NCBI GenBank assembly: GCA_045107005.1
Contig: JBGCFP010000040.1
Location: forward strand, 10,470 to 74,469
DNA: 64,000 nt
Direction: 5' to 3'
Origin: Gammaproteobacteria bacterium
Lineage (GTDB): Bacteria; Pseudomonadota; Gammaproteobacteria; Steroidobacterales; JBCCMA01
Shown here: positions 19,505 through 29,451 of the stretch, one piece after another
Position numbering within the stretch: position 1 is the first letter of the stretch
How the letters are laid out: every line of letters begins with the position of its first letter
Translations under genes and position numbers: made by a program
Notes under the pieces: generated by a model
Told to the model about the DNA's origin: nothing
The model's input: the letters and a program-made list of their open reading frames with translations, nothing else
The model's database searches: none

Positions 19505-20989
19505 ATGACCTACATCCTAGCGCTTGATCAGGGCACGACGAGCTCGCGCGCCATCGCGTTTGACCACAAAGGCGTCGCGTGCGCGACGGCACAACGAGAA
19601 TTCACCCAGCATTTCCCGCAAGACGGCTGGGTCGAACACGACGCACAGGAAATTTGGGAGAGCCAGTTGGCCGTGGCGCAGGACGTGGTTGGAAAACTGG
19701 GCGCCGAAAACATCGCGGGCATCGGGATCACGAACCAGCGCGAAACCACTGTGGTGTGGGACCGCGCGACGGGCAAACCGATTCACAACGCGATCGTCTG
19801 GCAGGATCGACGCACGGCGCCGCTGTGCGAAAAACTGGTCGCGGACGGGCACGCGGCCGAGATTACGGCCAAAACGGGCCTGGTGGTTGACGCGTACTTT
19901 TCCGGCACGAAAGTGCGCTGGCTGCTCGACAACGTCGAGGGCGCACGCGCGAAAGCGGAGCGCGGTGAACTCGCGTTCGGCACAATCGACAGCTGGCTGA
20001 TTTACAACCTGACTGGCGGCGCGCGTCACGTGACCGACGCGACCAACGCGTCGCGCACGATGCTCTACGACATTCACCGTGGCGAATTTTGCGCGGCGTT
20101 GCTGGACTTGCTCGACGTACCGCGCTCGATGATGCCGGACGTTCTTGATTCGAGCGGCGAGTTTGGTCAGACCGAAGCGAGTCTGTTTGGCCACCGGTTG
20201 AAGATCGGCGGTGTGGCAGGTGACCAGCAGGCGGCGCTTTTTGGCCAGGCTTGCTGGAAGCCGGGGATGTTGAAAAACACCTACGGCACGGGCTGCTTTT
20301 TGCTGATGAACACGGGCACCAAAGCCATTGCTTCATCAAATCAACTATTGACGACGGTGGCGTGGCAGTTGGGAGGCGAGCGAACCTACGCACTTGAGGG
20401 CAGCGTGTTCATGGGCGGCGCGACGGTGCAATGGCTGCGTGACGGTCTTGGCGTCATTGACGATTCGGCCGAGGTGGAAGCGCTGGCGACCTCGGTGGAA
20501 GACACCGGCGGCGTGATGTTGGTGCCGGCGTTCACCGGGCTGGGCGCCCCCCACTGGGACCCTTACGCGCGTGGGGCTCTGCTGGGCTTGTCGCGCGGGA
20601 CGACGGCCGCTCACGTGGCGCGAGCCGCGCTCGAGGGCATCGCGCTGCAGTCGATGGATTTGATCGACGCGATGCGCGATGACGCGTCCATCGACGTTAG
20701 CGAACTGCGCGTCGACGGCGGCGCGAGCCACAACACTCTGATGATGCAATGCCAAGCTGACTTGCTCGACGTGCGCGTCGTGCGTGCTCACATCGCGGAA
20801 ACCACGGCTTTGGGTGCGGCTTATCTTGCCGGCCTGGCGACGGGGTTTTGGCAGGACATGGAAGAAATCGGGTCCCAGTGGCGGGTGGGTGCGGAGTTTT
20901 CCCCCTCTATGGATAGCGCTCAGCGTGATGCGCTAAAAGCGCGTTGGCATGAGGCGGTGTCTCGGGCAAAAGGGTGGGCTTCTGGGTAG
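19505..20989 (+). CDS. glpK: glycerol kinase
   Basis: [20 protein letters not shown]...[10 protein letters not shown]...[10 protein letters not shown]. The ATG at 19505 gives the canonical N-terminus. Confidence 0.93.
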   Translation: MTYILALDQGTTSSRAIAFDHKGVACATAQREFTQHFPQDGWVEHDAQEIWESQLAVAQDVVGKLGAENIAGIGITNQRETTVVWDRATGKPIHNAIVWQDRRTAPLCEKLVADGHAAEITAKTGLVVDAYFSGTKVRWLLDNVEGARAKAERGELAFGTIDSWLIYNLTGGARHVTDATNASRTMLYDIHRGEFCAALLDLLDVPRSMMPDVLDSSGEFGQTEASLFGHRLKIGGVAGDQQAALFGQACWKPGMLKNTYGTGCFLLMNTGTKAIASSNQLLTTVAWQLGGERTYALEGSVFMGGATVQWLRDGLGVIDDSAEVEALATSVEDTGGVMLVPAFTGLGAPHWDPYARGALLGLSRGTTAAHVARAALEGIALQSMDLIDAMRDDASIDVSELRVDGGASHNTLMMQCQADLLDVRVVRAHIAETTALGAAYLAGLATGFWQDMEEIGSQWRVGAEFSPSMDSAQRDALKARWHEAVSRAKGWASG

Positions 20990-21029
20990 GCTTTCGGTCG
21001 GCCGTTTTTTCGGTTCTTTTGGGCTGGCC

Positions 21030-21116
21030 GAGACCAGGGCTTGAGAAGGTCGTTCAGGGAATGGCTCCCTGCGGTCCGCTTGATTTCCCTGAACGACCTT
21101 CTCAAGCCCCGGTCTC
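21030..21116. repeat. long inverted repeat (31-bp arms, 1 mismatch, 25-nt loop) between convergent glpK and glnS; likely bidirectional terminator or REP/MITE-like element
   Basis: The left arm is gagaccagggcttgagaaggtcgttcaggga (21030-21060). The right arm is tccctgaacgaccttctcaagccccggtctc (21086-21116). The reverse complement of the right arm differs from the left arm at one base. Confidence 0.8.
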
Positions 21117-21171
21117 TCGTCATGCTCAATGGCGGACGATTTCGATGATCCTGGGCCGGCTTTGGATTGGT

Positions 21172-22884
21172 TTAGGCTTTTTCTTCGTTTATTTTGGTCA
21201 GAGCCTGTTTTTCCATTTTGGCCCACGAGTCTCTTAGCGATACGACTCGGTGAAACACTCTGCTGCCCGATTCACGTTCTGTGTCAAGCGTGAAGTAGCC
21301 CATGCGCTCAAACTGTACGACCTCGCCATCGGCGAGCTCTGCCAGTGACGGTTCCAGTTTGGCCTGCGCAATCGTTAACGAACTGTCGTTCAACGCATCG
21401 TGCCAGTCTTCGGCGGCGCCGGGCGCCGCTTCGCTGAACAGTCGGTCGTAAACGTTCACGGTCGCGTCCACGGCGTGTTCGGCACTGGCCCAGTGGATGG
21501 TGCCTTTGACTTTTCGATCGGCGTTGGCGCTGCCGCTGCGGGTCGATTCATCGTAAGTGCACAATAACTCAATGACGTTGCCGTCCACGTCCTTGATGAC
21601 TTCATTGCACTGGATAATGTAGGCGTAGCGCAGACGCACTTCGCCGCCGGGTTTTAGGCGGAAAAACTTTCTGGGCGCCTCTTCCATGAAATCCTCGCGC
21701 TCGACGAACAGGGTGCGCGAGAACGGGATGGGACGCTCGCCCATGTCAGGGTTGCCGGGGTGGTTTTGCGCCGTCATGGTTTCGGTCTGACCTTCCGGGT
21801 AGTTGGTCAGCGTAATTTTCAGTGGATTCACGACGCCCATCACGCGCCGTGCGGTGTCGCCGAGTGTCTGGCGCACGCTGTTTTCCAGCACGCCCATTTC
21901 CATGACGTAGTATTTTTTGGTCACGCCACCCCGATGCACGAAATCGCGCACGGCTTCGGGCGGATAACCCCGTCGACGCATGCCGGCCAACGTGGCCATA
22001 CGCGGATCGTTCCAACCGGTGACAATACGCTCGTCGACGAGGGCACTGAGCTTGCGTTTGCTGGTGATGGTGTACGCGAGGTTCAAGCGTGAAAACTCAA
22101 TCTGGCGCGGGCGGCGTTCCGGCTTGATCTGGTCGAGTAACCAGTCGTACAGCGGACGGTGATCCTCAAATTCCAGCGTGCACAGAGAATGCGTAATGCC
22201 CTCGTACGCGTCGCACAAGGTGTGCGCGTAGTCGTACATGGGATAAATGGGCCACGCGTCGCCAGTGCGCTGATGCGACACGTGACGAATGCGATACAGC
22301 GCGGGGTCGCGCAGGTTGATATTGGGCGACGCCATATCGATCCGCGCCCGCAGCACATACTGACCGTCGGCGAACTCGCCAGCACGCATGCGCGTGAACA
22401 AGTCGCGGTTCTCGTCGACCGAGCGATCGCGATCCGGGCTGTTTCGGCCGGGGACGGTCAGGGTGCCGCGGTACTCACGAATTTGCTCGGCGCTGAGGCT
22501 GTCGACATAGGCAACGCCTGCGTCGATCAGACGCAGCGCGTCGTCGTACAGACGCTCAAAGTAGTCCGACGCGTGGGTGAGCCGTTCGCCCCAGTCGAAG
22601 CCGAGCCAGCGCACGTCACGTTCGATGGCCCGGGCGAAAGATTCGTCTTCCCGGGTTGGATTGGTGTCGTCAAAGCGCAGAAAAGTGCGCCCGCCGTATT
22701 CCTCGGCCACGCCAAAATTCAGACAAATCGACTTGGCGTGCCCGACGTGCAAAAAACCGTTGGGTTCTGGCGGAAAGCGCGTCACGACATCGCCGCCGTG
22801 ACGTCCGGCAGCTTGATCATCGGCGATGATCTGGCGAATAAAATCGAGTCGTGGGGTTGCGTCGTCGTCAGGCGCCGTCGTCAT
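21172..22884 (-). CDS. glnS: glutaminyl-tRNA synthetase
   Basis: HIGH motif region PEPNGFLHVGHAKS, KMSKS-like ITSKRKLS, and class I GlnRS length (570 aa). Confidence 0.95.
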   Translation of the reverse strand: MTTAPDDDATPRLDFIRQIIADDQAAGRHGGDVVTRFPPEPNGFLHVGHAKSICLNFGVAEEYGGRTFLRFDDTNPTREDESFARAIERDVRWLGFDWGERLTHASDYFERLYDDALRLIDAGVAYVDSLSAEQIREYRGTLTVPGRNSPDRDRSVDENRDLFTRMRAGEFADGQYVLRARIDMASPNINLRDPALYRIRHVSHQRTGDAWPIYPMYDYAHTLCDAYEGITHSLCTLEFEDHRPLYDWLLDQIKPERRPRQIEFSRLNLAYTITSKRKLSALVDERIVTGWNDPRMATLAGMRRRGYPPEAVRDFVHRGGVTKKYYVMEMGVLENSVRQTLGDTARRVMGVVNPLKITLTNYPEGQTETMTAQNHPGNPDMGERPIPFSRTLFVEREDFMEEAPRKFFRLKPGGEVRLRYAYIIQCNEVIKDVDGNVIELLCTYDESTRSGSANADRKVKGTIHWASAEHAVDATVNVYDRLFSEAAPGAAEDWHDALNDSSLTIAQAKLEPSLAELADGEVVQFERMGYFTLDTERESGSRVFHRVVSLRDSWAKMEKQALTKINEEKA

Positions 22885-23009
22885 GATGAAGTCTGCTGGC
22901 TAAAGATCGGCGAAGTATACGAGAAAATGAGGGCTTAGACCGACACATTGGCTCGGTTCGCGGGCTGCGGTACCGTGGGCGCTCTCACGTTGATGCATTG
23001 GAGTGATCT

Positions 23010-24749
23010 ATGTTCCGGTTTTTTATCGCTGCCCTGCTGCTGGCCCCGTTTCTGGCCCTCGGCGGCTGTGCGACCGAGGTCGTCGCTCACAGCGATTGCC
23101 GTGACGGTGGCGCCAGCCACTGCGCGGACAGGCGCGCGCATCACACAAACACGCCGACCGCGGCACTGGCGACGCCGGACGCCTTTTCCGCTGACGTGGT
23201 GGAAACGATTCTGGCCAGCGGCGGCAATGCGATAGACGCCGCCGTTGCCGCAGCGCTGGTTCTGGCGGTGACGTATCCTGAGGCTGGCAACATTGGCGGC
23301 GGCGGGTTCATGCTGATCCACCACGATGGTCAACAGTATTTTCTGGACTATCGCGAAGTCGCCCCCAACGCGGCCAGCCGCGACATGTACCTCGACGACA
23401 ATGGCGATGTCATCAAAGACCTAAGCCTGGTGGGTCATCGCGCTGCTGGCGTTCCGGGCACGGTTGCCGGGCTGTGGGCAGCGCATCAGCGCTTCGGTTC
23501 GCTGCCGTGGGCTGAGCTGGTGGCCCCGGCGATCGCACTGGCTGGCAACGGTCAGAAAATGCCGGCGCATCTGGCGGCGCGCATTGCCGAATCCGTGGAG
23601 GATTTTCGCGGCAAAACCAATTTCTCGAACTATTTTGCCGGTGCCCGAGCGGGCGAGCCGTTTACGCAGCCAGAGCTTGCTGCCACGCTCCGTCGGGTCG
23701 CACAGCAAGGCCACGATGGTTTTTACAAGGGCCGCACCGCGCAGCTGATTGCAGCAGACATGGCCAGCAACGGCGGGTTGATCACCGCCGGCGATCTGGG
23801 CGACTACCGAGCGGTTTGGCGCGAGCCGCTGCGCGCCTCATGGCGCGACATGACGATCATCAGTGCGCCGCCCCCAAGCTCCGGCGGCTTTGCGGTCATT
23901 CAGCTGCTCAAGATGAAAGAGCATTTGCGTGAGGCGTTTTCCGGCCTAGGGCATAACAGTGCCCAATACGTGCACCTGGTTGCCGAGATGGAGAAACGCG
24001 TGTTTGCCGATCGCGCGGTGTATTTTGGCGATCCGGACTTTGTCGATGTGCCCGTCGAAAAACTGATTGACCCGGACTACATCGCGCGACGAGCCGATGA
24101 GGTAAATCCGGTGTCGATCTCTTCGTTGGAATCCACCCGGCCGGGCCTCGAGGGTCGCCACACAACACATTTTTCAATCGTGGATTTTGACGGCAATGCC
24201 GTGTCGAACACTTACACGCTGAACACATGGTTTGGCAGCGGCGCGGTGGTGGCAGGTGCAGGGTTCTTGCTGAACAACGAAATGGACGACTTCAGCGCAA
24301 AACCCGGCGCAAAAAACTTCTATGGCGTGGTCGGCGGTGACGCGAACGCCATCGTTCCGCGCAAGCGCATGCTTTCTTCCATGTCACCAACGCTACTGCT
24401 GCGCGGCGACAACGTTGACATGGTGGTGGGTACGCCAGGCGGCTCGACCATCTTTACGTCGGTGTTCCAGACCATCGTCAATATTCTCGACTTTGATATG
24501 AGCCCGGCGCAGGCGGTTGCCGTGCCGCGCTTTCATCATCAGCTGCTGCCACCTGACGAAGTCACGTTCAGCCCCAGTGCGCCGTTGCCGCACGCGACGC
24601 AGGACGCGCTGTCGGCCCGCGGTTACAACGTAAAACCGCACCCGTGGGAGTTTGGCGATGTACAGGTGGTGTGGCGTAACGGCGATCATTTCGAAAGTGG
24701 CTCAGACCCCCGTGGCCGCGGCGTTTCCCGATCAATCGAACCGCTCTGA
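23010..24749 (+). CDS. ggt: gamma-glutamyltransferase (lipoprotein signal)
   Basis: Signal LLLAPFLALGGC, GGGGFMLIHH, and the autoprocessing/catalytic site TTHFSIVDFDGNAVSNTYTLN. Confidence 0.92.
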   Translation: MFRFFIAALLLAPFLALGGCATEVVAHSDCRDGGASHCADRRAHHTNTPTAALATPDAFSADVVETILASGGNAIDAAVAAALVLAVTYPEAGNIGGGGFMLIHHDGQQYFLDYREVAPNAASRDMYLDDNGDVIKDLSLVGHRAAGVPGTVAGLWAAHQRFGSLPWAELVAPAIALAGNGQKMPAHLAARIAESVEDFRGKTNFSNYFAGARAGEPFTQPELAATLRRVAQQGHDGFYKGRTAQLIAADMASNGGLITAGDLGDYRAVWREPLRASWRDMTIISAPPPSSGGFAVIQLLKMKEHLREAFSGLGHNSAQYVHLVAEMEKRVFADRAVYFGDPDFVDVPVEKLIDPDYIARRADEVNPVSISSLESTRPGLEGRHTTHFSIVDFDGNAVSNTYTLNTWFGSGAVVAGAGFLLNNEMDDFSAKPGAKNFYGVVGGDANAIVPRKRMLSSMSPTLLLRGDNVDMVVGTPGGSTIFTSVFQTIVNILDFDMSPAQAVAVPRFHHQLLPPDEVTFSPSAPLPHATQDALSARGYNVKPHPWEFGDVQVVWRNGDHFESGSDPRGRGVSRSIEPL

Positions 24750-24858
24750 CGCTGGTTGCAACCTTTTGCAACGCTGCTGCATCTGATGGGTATCGACGCC
24801 AGAGACCGCGTTTCGCTCGTCTGGCAGCGAGTTCAATCGATTTTTTGGGGAAGTCCGA

Positions 24859-26637
24859 ATGACCAAATCCTATTTGCGTGCTGTTTTCCTGGCGACCATT
24901 ACGCTGTTGTACACATCGTTGGCCCACGCTGCGGCCGAATCGCCCGCGTGGGTCGAACAGAGTAACGAGCACGCCAAGGTGCTGCTCGACATTTTCGCAA
25001 AATACAGTCCTGAGGGTGCCGGTAGCTTGGGCGTCGACGGGCTTGACGAGCAAATATCGGATCTCGGCGAGGGCGTGCACGAACGTGCGATGGCCGATAT
25101 CGAAAAGGCCATCGTCGAACTTCAAGGTCGTCTCGCAGACGCCACCCATCCGAAAGTACGCCAGGACATCGAAATACTCATTTTAGCGGCACGCGACAGC
25201 GTGCGTTCGCAGACGCTCGATCACGACAACATGCTGCCTTACATCAACGTCACGCAAACCGTGTTTCAAGGCACCCGCGCACTGATCGATGCGCAGATCC
25301 CGAAAGAGCGTTACCCCGCCGCCGTGGTTCGGTTGAAAAAATACGCAGGTATGACCAAAGGCTACGAGCCGTTAACCGAGCTGGCCAAAGCGCGCACGCT
25401 TGAGCGCTTCGATGAGACGGGGCTGATCGGTCCGTTTCGCGCCGAAGTGGAGCAGGATCTACAGCGCGCCGAGACGTTTATTACCGGCATGGAAACACTG
25501 CTCAGCGAGTCGGGCGTCAAGGGCTGGAAAAGGCCCTATAAGAAACTGGCCAAGCAGCTAACCGAGTACAACGACTGGCTGCGTGCGGAAATTCTGCCGC
25601 GCGCACGCGACGACTTTCGACTGCCGCCGATCATGTATGAGAATGCCCTGCACAACTGGGGCGTCGACGCAGCGCCGCTGGATCTGATCGCCGACGCCAC
25701 GGCTGGCTACATGGACATACGCAATGAAATGCAGGCGCTGGCACCGCTAGTTGCTGAACAAAAAGAATACGCCACCAAGGACTACCGCGAAGTCATTCGA
25801 TTGCTCAAGAATGAGCGCATTGGCGGCGACGAGCTGCTCGAATACTACACCGGCGTTCTGGGCAAACTCGAAGACATCATCGTACGCGAGAACCTCGTTT
25901 CCCTGCCCGATCGAGACGCCGGCATTCGCATGGCAAGCGCAGCGGAAACGGCGGCTCAACCGGCGGCTCACCTGGACATCCCAAGACTCATTGGCAACAC
26001 AGGCGAGTACCCGAGTTTCGTCCTCCCGCTGCTGACCAAAGCCGACGACGGCAGTTGGAATCATACCGACGACACCTACGAGGCCGGCACGTGGACGCTC
26101 ACCGCGCACGAGGCACGCCCGGGTCACGAACTGCAGTTTTCCAGCATGATCGAAGGCGGCGTGTCGATTACGCGCGGTATTTTTGCGTTTAACAGTGCCA
26201 ATGTCGAAGGCTGGGCGCTTTACGCCGAAGCCATCGCCAAGCCGTTTATGCCGCTGGATGCGCAGATGATCTCGCTGCAATATCGCCTCGCACGTGCGGC
26301 GCGCATGATGCTCGATCCGATGCTAAACCTCGGACTGATTTCACCCGAAGACGCGAAACGCATCCTGACCGACGACGTCGTGCTGGGCGAAAGCTGGGCG
26401 CAAAACGAAATTGAACGCTACACCTATCGGATGCCGGGCCAGGCTACGGCTTACTACTTTGGCTACCGCGCGCTGCAGTCGCTGCGCACGCAAACGGAAC
26501 TGGCACTGAAAGATCGCTTCGACGCACGCACGTTCCACGACTTTATTCTGGCGCAGGGCTTACTGCCACCCGAGATCCTGAAAAAAGCGTTGCTCGAAGA
26601 ATACGTCCGTGCACAAAAAGGGACGAGCGGAGACTAG
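24859..26637 (+). CDS. DUF885 family secreted protein (putative metallopeptidase-like)
   Basis: Signal peptide MTKSYLRAVFLATITLLYTSLAHA and the motif TAHEARPGHELQF, which is characteristic of DUF885. Confidence 0.8.
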   Translation: MTKSYLRAVFLATITLLYTSLAHAAAESPAWVEQSNEHAKVLLDIFAKYSPEGAGSLGVDGLDEQISDLGEGVHERAMADIEKAIVELQGRLADATHPKVRQDIEILILAARDSVRSQTLDHDNMLPYINVTQTVFQGTRALIDAQIPKERYPAAVVRLKKYAGMTKGYEPLTELAKARTLERFDETGLIGPFRAEVEQDLQRAETFITGMETLLSESGVKGWKRPYKKLAKQLTEYNDWLRAEILPRARDDFRLPPIMYENALHNWGVDAAPLDLIADATAGYMDIRNEMQALAPLVAEQKEYATKDYREVIRLLKNERIGGDELLEYYTGVLGKLEDIIVRENLVSLPDRDAGIRMASAAETAAQPAAHLDIPRLIGNTGEYPSFVLPLLTKADDGSWNHTDDTYEAGTWTLTAHEARPGHELQFSSMIEGGVSITRGIFAFNSANVEGWALYAEAIAKPFMPLDAQMISLQYRLARAARMMLDPMLNLGLISPEDAKRILTDDVVLGESWAQNEIERYTYRMPGQATAYYFGYRALQSLRTQTELALKDRFDARTFHDFILAQGLLPPEILKKALLEEYVRAQKGTSGD

Positions 26638-26667
26638 GCAAAGCGCTCCACCAGTCGACCAGCAAAA

Positions 26668-26699
26668 GGGTCAGAGTGTTTTCACTCTGACCCTTTTTT
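26668..26699. terminator. rho-independent, probably bidirectional terminator
   Basis: gggtcagagtg-tttt-cactctgaccc is a perfect 11-bp stem. It is followed by TTTTTT on the + strand and preceded by AAAA (a T-run on the minus strand). It sits between convergent genes. Confidence 0.8.
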
Positions 26700-26703
26700 G
26701 AGT

Positions 26704-27735
26704 CTAGTCGCCGTCAACGCCCAAACGCTGCTGCACCAGCGGGCTGGTCGTTGTGTACTGCAGATGCACTTTCTTGCCAGGCTCGATGTGCGCCTTGGCG
26801 GCTACGGCCGCCAACGCGGCCTCGTGAAACCCACTCAGAATGAGTTTCTTCTTGCCGGGGTAATTGTTGATATCCCCGACCGCGAAGATTCCCGGTACGT
26901 TGGTCTGGAATTTTTCGGTATCCACATCGATGGTTTTGCGGGTGATCGTCAAACCCCAGTCAGCAATGGGTCCGAGTTTGGGCGCCAACCCGAAAAACAC
27001 CAGCATGTCGGTGGGTGTTAAACGCTGCATGCTGGATTTATTCAGTTCGACATCGACGCCAATGATCTGATCATTTTCGTGCTCGATGTTTTTCACTACG
27101 GCGTTCTCGAGCATCGTAAGCTCGCCCTTGTCAGCCAGCGCCCGGGCTTGCGCAACCGTCGCCTCAGCCGCGCGGTATTCGTCGCGTCGGTGGACCAGCG
27201 TGACGCTGCGCGCGCTGCCTTGCAAAGCGACGGCCCAATCCAGTGCCGAGTCGCCGCCACCGGCAATCAAGACGTCACGATCGGCAAACTGCGCAGCCTC
27301 GCGCACCCGATAAAACACCGCCTTGTCTTCCAGTTCCGCTGCCCCGTTGGCACGCATCCTGCGCGGCTGAAACGAGCCGACGCCGCCTGCGATAATAACA
27401 GTCTTGGTTTCGAATTCCGTACCCGCGTTGGTGACAACCCGAAACGGCCCGCTGCCGTCACCCGACACTTCGACGACCTCCTGCCCAAGATGCATCCCCG
27501 GTGAGAACGGTTCGATTTGCTTGAGCAAACGCTCGACCAGTTCTTCCGCGGTGCACACGGGAATCGCCGGGATATCGTAGATCGGTTTGTCGGGGTATAG
27601 CTCGATGCACTGGCCGCCCGCGGCACTGATCGAATCCACGACGTGTGCGGACAATCCGTGCAACCCCAGTTCAAACACTTGGAACAGGCCGCAAGGCCCC
27701 GCACCGACTATCACGGCGTCCGTTTTTATCGTCAT
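26704..27735 (-). CDS. ferredoxin-NADP+ reductase, thioredoxin-reductase-like type
   Basis: MTIKTDAVIVGAGPCGLFQVFELGL...GGQCIELYPDKPIYDIPAIP...DVLIAGGGDSALDWA is a TrxR-like FNR signature. Confidence 0.88.
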   Translation of the reverse strand: MTIKTDAVIVGAGPCGLFQVFELGLHGLSAHVVDSISAAGGQCIELYPDKPIYDIPAIPVCTAEELVERLLKQIEPFSPGMHLGQEVVEVSGDGSGPFRVVTNAGTEFETKTVIIAGGVGSFQPRRMRANGAAELEDKAVFYRVREAAQFADRDVLIAGGGDSALDWAVALQGSARSVTLVHRRDEYRAAEATVAQARALADKGELTMLENAVVKNIEHENDQIIGVDVELNKSSMQRLTPTDMLVFFGLAPKLGPIADWGLTITRKTIDVDTEKFQTNVPGIFAVGDINNYPGKKKLILSGFHEAALAAVAAKAHIEPGKKVHLQYTTTSPLVQQRLGVDGD

Positions 27736-27749
27736 CGAAATCTCTCGAA

Positions 27750-28529
27750 TTACTTGCCGCGGAACGTCGCAGGGCGTTTTTCCAGGAAGGCGCTGACGCC
27801 CTCCGCGCAGTCTTCGCTAATGCGACACACCTGCTGTTCAACGGCTTCAGCGCGGAACACGGTGTCGAAATCCTGGTGCATGGCGCCGCGTAGAATCTTC
27901 TTGATCGACGCCATGGCAAGCGGAGCGCGATCCGCGAACGAATCAGCCCAGGCGAGCGTCGCCTCGCTCAGCTCATCAGCGGGTACCACGCGGTTAACCA
28001 GACCAAAATCCAGTGCACTTTGCGCGTTGACCCGCTCGGCTTCCACCAAAATCTGAAAGGCGCGCTTGTAACCCAGCTGTCGACCCATGACGAAATGCGC
28101 CCCGCCATCGGGTATCAATCCGATCGACGTGAACGGCGCGAGCAAGAAGGCGTTGTCCGCCATCACGGTGAGATCGCAGGCTAGTGCTACCGACAGGCTG
28201 ACGCCCGCCGCCGCGCCGTGGATGGCGCTGATCACCGGTTTGGCGCAGCTTTCGATCGCATCAAACGTGGGTCGATACTCCTCGTTGAGCTGCTGGGTCA
28301 ATGAATCCGCAAACCCTTCTTTCAAATCGGCGCCGGCGCCGAAACCGCGACCGCTTGCGTCCAGTACCACCACGCGCGAACCGTCTGCCGCTGCCGCATC
28401 CAGGGCCTTGGGCAGTTCGGCGCGGAGCGTCACGTTAAATGCGTTCATCGCGTCCGGACGATTGATCGTCACCTTGGACACCCGCTCGCCAGGTTGGTAG
28501 ATCACGGTCTCAAAAGAAGGCTCGGTCAT
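27750..28529 (-). CDS. enoyl-CoA hydratase/isomerase (crotonase) family
   Basis: VVVLDASGRGFGAGADL and AAIHGAAAGVSLSVALACD are the crotonase oxyanion-hole motifs. I prefer the ATG at 28529 to the upstream TTG at 28547. Confidence 0.85.
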   Translation of the reverse strand: MTEPSFETVIYQPGERVSKVTINRPDAMNAFNVTLRAELPKALDAAAADGSRVVVLDASGRGFGAGADLKEGFADSLTQQLNEEYRPTFDAIESCAKPVISAIHGAAAGVSLSVALACDLTVMADNAFLLAPFTSIGLIPDGGAHFVMGRQLGYKRAFQILVEAERVNAQSALDFGLVNRVVPADELSEATLAWADSFADRAPLAMASIKKILRGAMHQDFDTVFRAEAVEQQVCRISEDCAEGVSAFLEKRPATFRGK

Positions 28530-28646
28530 GGCGGTGTCCTTGGGCAAAACTTGAAGCGTTGTGAAGAGGGCGCGTATTGTAGCGCGACCGCGACCCTTGA
28601 TTACAAGGTCCGGGACGCTGGCACCGCCGTTGCTCGAGATTCGTTG

Positions 28647-29330
28647 ATGACCGCTTCCTCAAAAACCGTGCGTATCGACACGCGCTTTCGTGGCCCACCC
28701 GACTCCGCCAACGGCGGCTATACCGCAGGTTTGCTTGCCGGTACCATCGATGGGCCAAGCGAGGTGACGCTGCGCGCGCCTCCACCGCTGGATACCAACT
28801 TGACGCTTGCTGGCGACAATCAGACAGCCACGCTCACCGACGGCGACGTGTTGATCGCGACGGCGCGCGCCGCGCCCCTCGATCTGTCGCCCCCACCCCC
28901 GGTTGATTACGCCACAGCGCTTGGCGTGCGCGAGCAGTACGCCGGGTTCACAGCGCACAACTTCCCGGGCTGTTTTGTTTGCGGACCGGAGCGCGCCGAC
29001 ACAGACGGAATGCGCGTCTTTGCGGCGCCGCATGCGGACCAGGTCGTCGCCGCGTGGCAAGCGCCGGGCGGCCCGTTCGATCCGTTGCTGATCCACGCGG
29101 CCCTGGACTGCCCGAGCTACTTCGCTCTGCGGGACAGCAGCCTGGTGGCGCTCCTCGGTCGCATGCACGGCGAGGTCTTCGCACACCCCCAGCCGCAGGA
29201 AACTTGCGTAGTCGTGGGCTGGGCTCTGGGACGCGAAGGTCGCAAATCGTACAGCGGTGCCGCCCTGTACGGCGCCGACAGTCGCCTGCTGGCCATGGCC
29301 CGAAATACCTGGATTGAGCTCAAGCCCTGA
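28647..29330 (+). CDS. hotdog-fold (PaaI-like thioesterase) domain protein
   Basis: GPPDSANGGYTAGLLAG and HNFPGCFVCGPERADTDGMRV resemble hotdog thioesterase family proteins. The ATG at 28647 avoids overlapping the divergent crotonase gene. Confidence 0.7.
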   Translation: MTASSKTVRIDTRFRGPPDSANGGYTAGLLAGTIDGPSEVTLRAPPPLDTNLTLAGDNQTATLTDGDVLIATARAAPLDLSPPPPVDYATALGVREQYAGFTAHNFPGCFVCGPERADTDGMRVFAAPHADQVVAAWQAPGGPFDPLLIHAALDCPSYFALRDSSLVALLGRMHGEVFAHPQPQETCVVVGWALGREGRKSYSGAALYGADSRLLAMARNTWIELKP

Positions 29331-29451
29331 CTTCCCGACTGCCGTTGCGCGCGGCGAAGCGTCCGACCACCACCTGTCATGACCGTGTTAACGACTCAAT
29401 TCCGGTATGATTCGCGGCTTCTGACTTTCGCACTGACCCACGGAGCTGACC

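Noticed and set aside
20933-21237. Small ORFs on both strands (87 and 97 aa) sharing the peptide PGLEKVVQG
   Set aside because: The shared peptide is an artefact of the 31-bp inverted repeat being read on both strands. There is no start context or coding signal.
24755-24772. Hairpin gttgcaa-cctt-ttgcaac just after the ggt stop
   Set aside because: The stem is only 7 bp, AT-containing, and has no following T-run. That is too weak to call a terminator.
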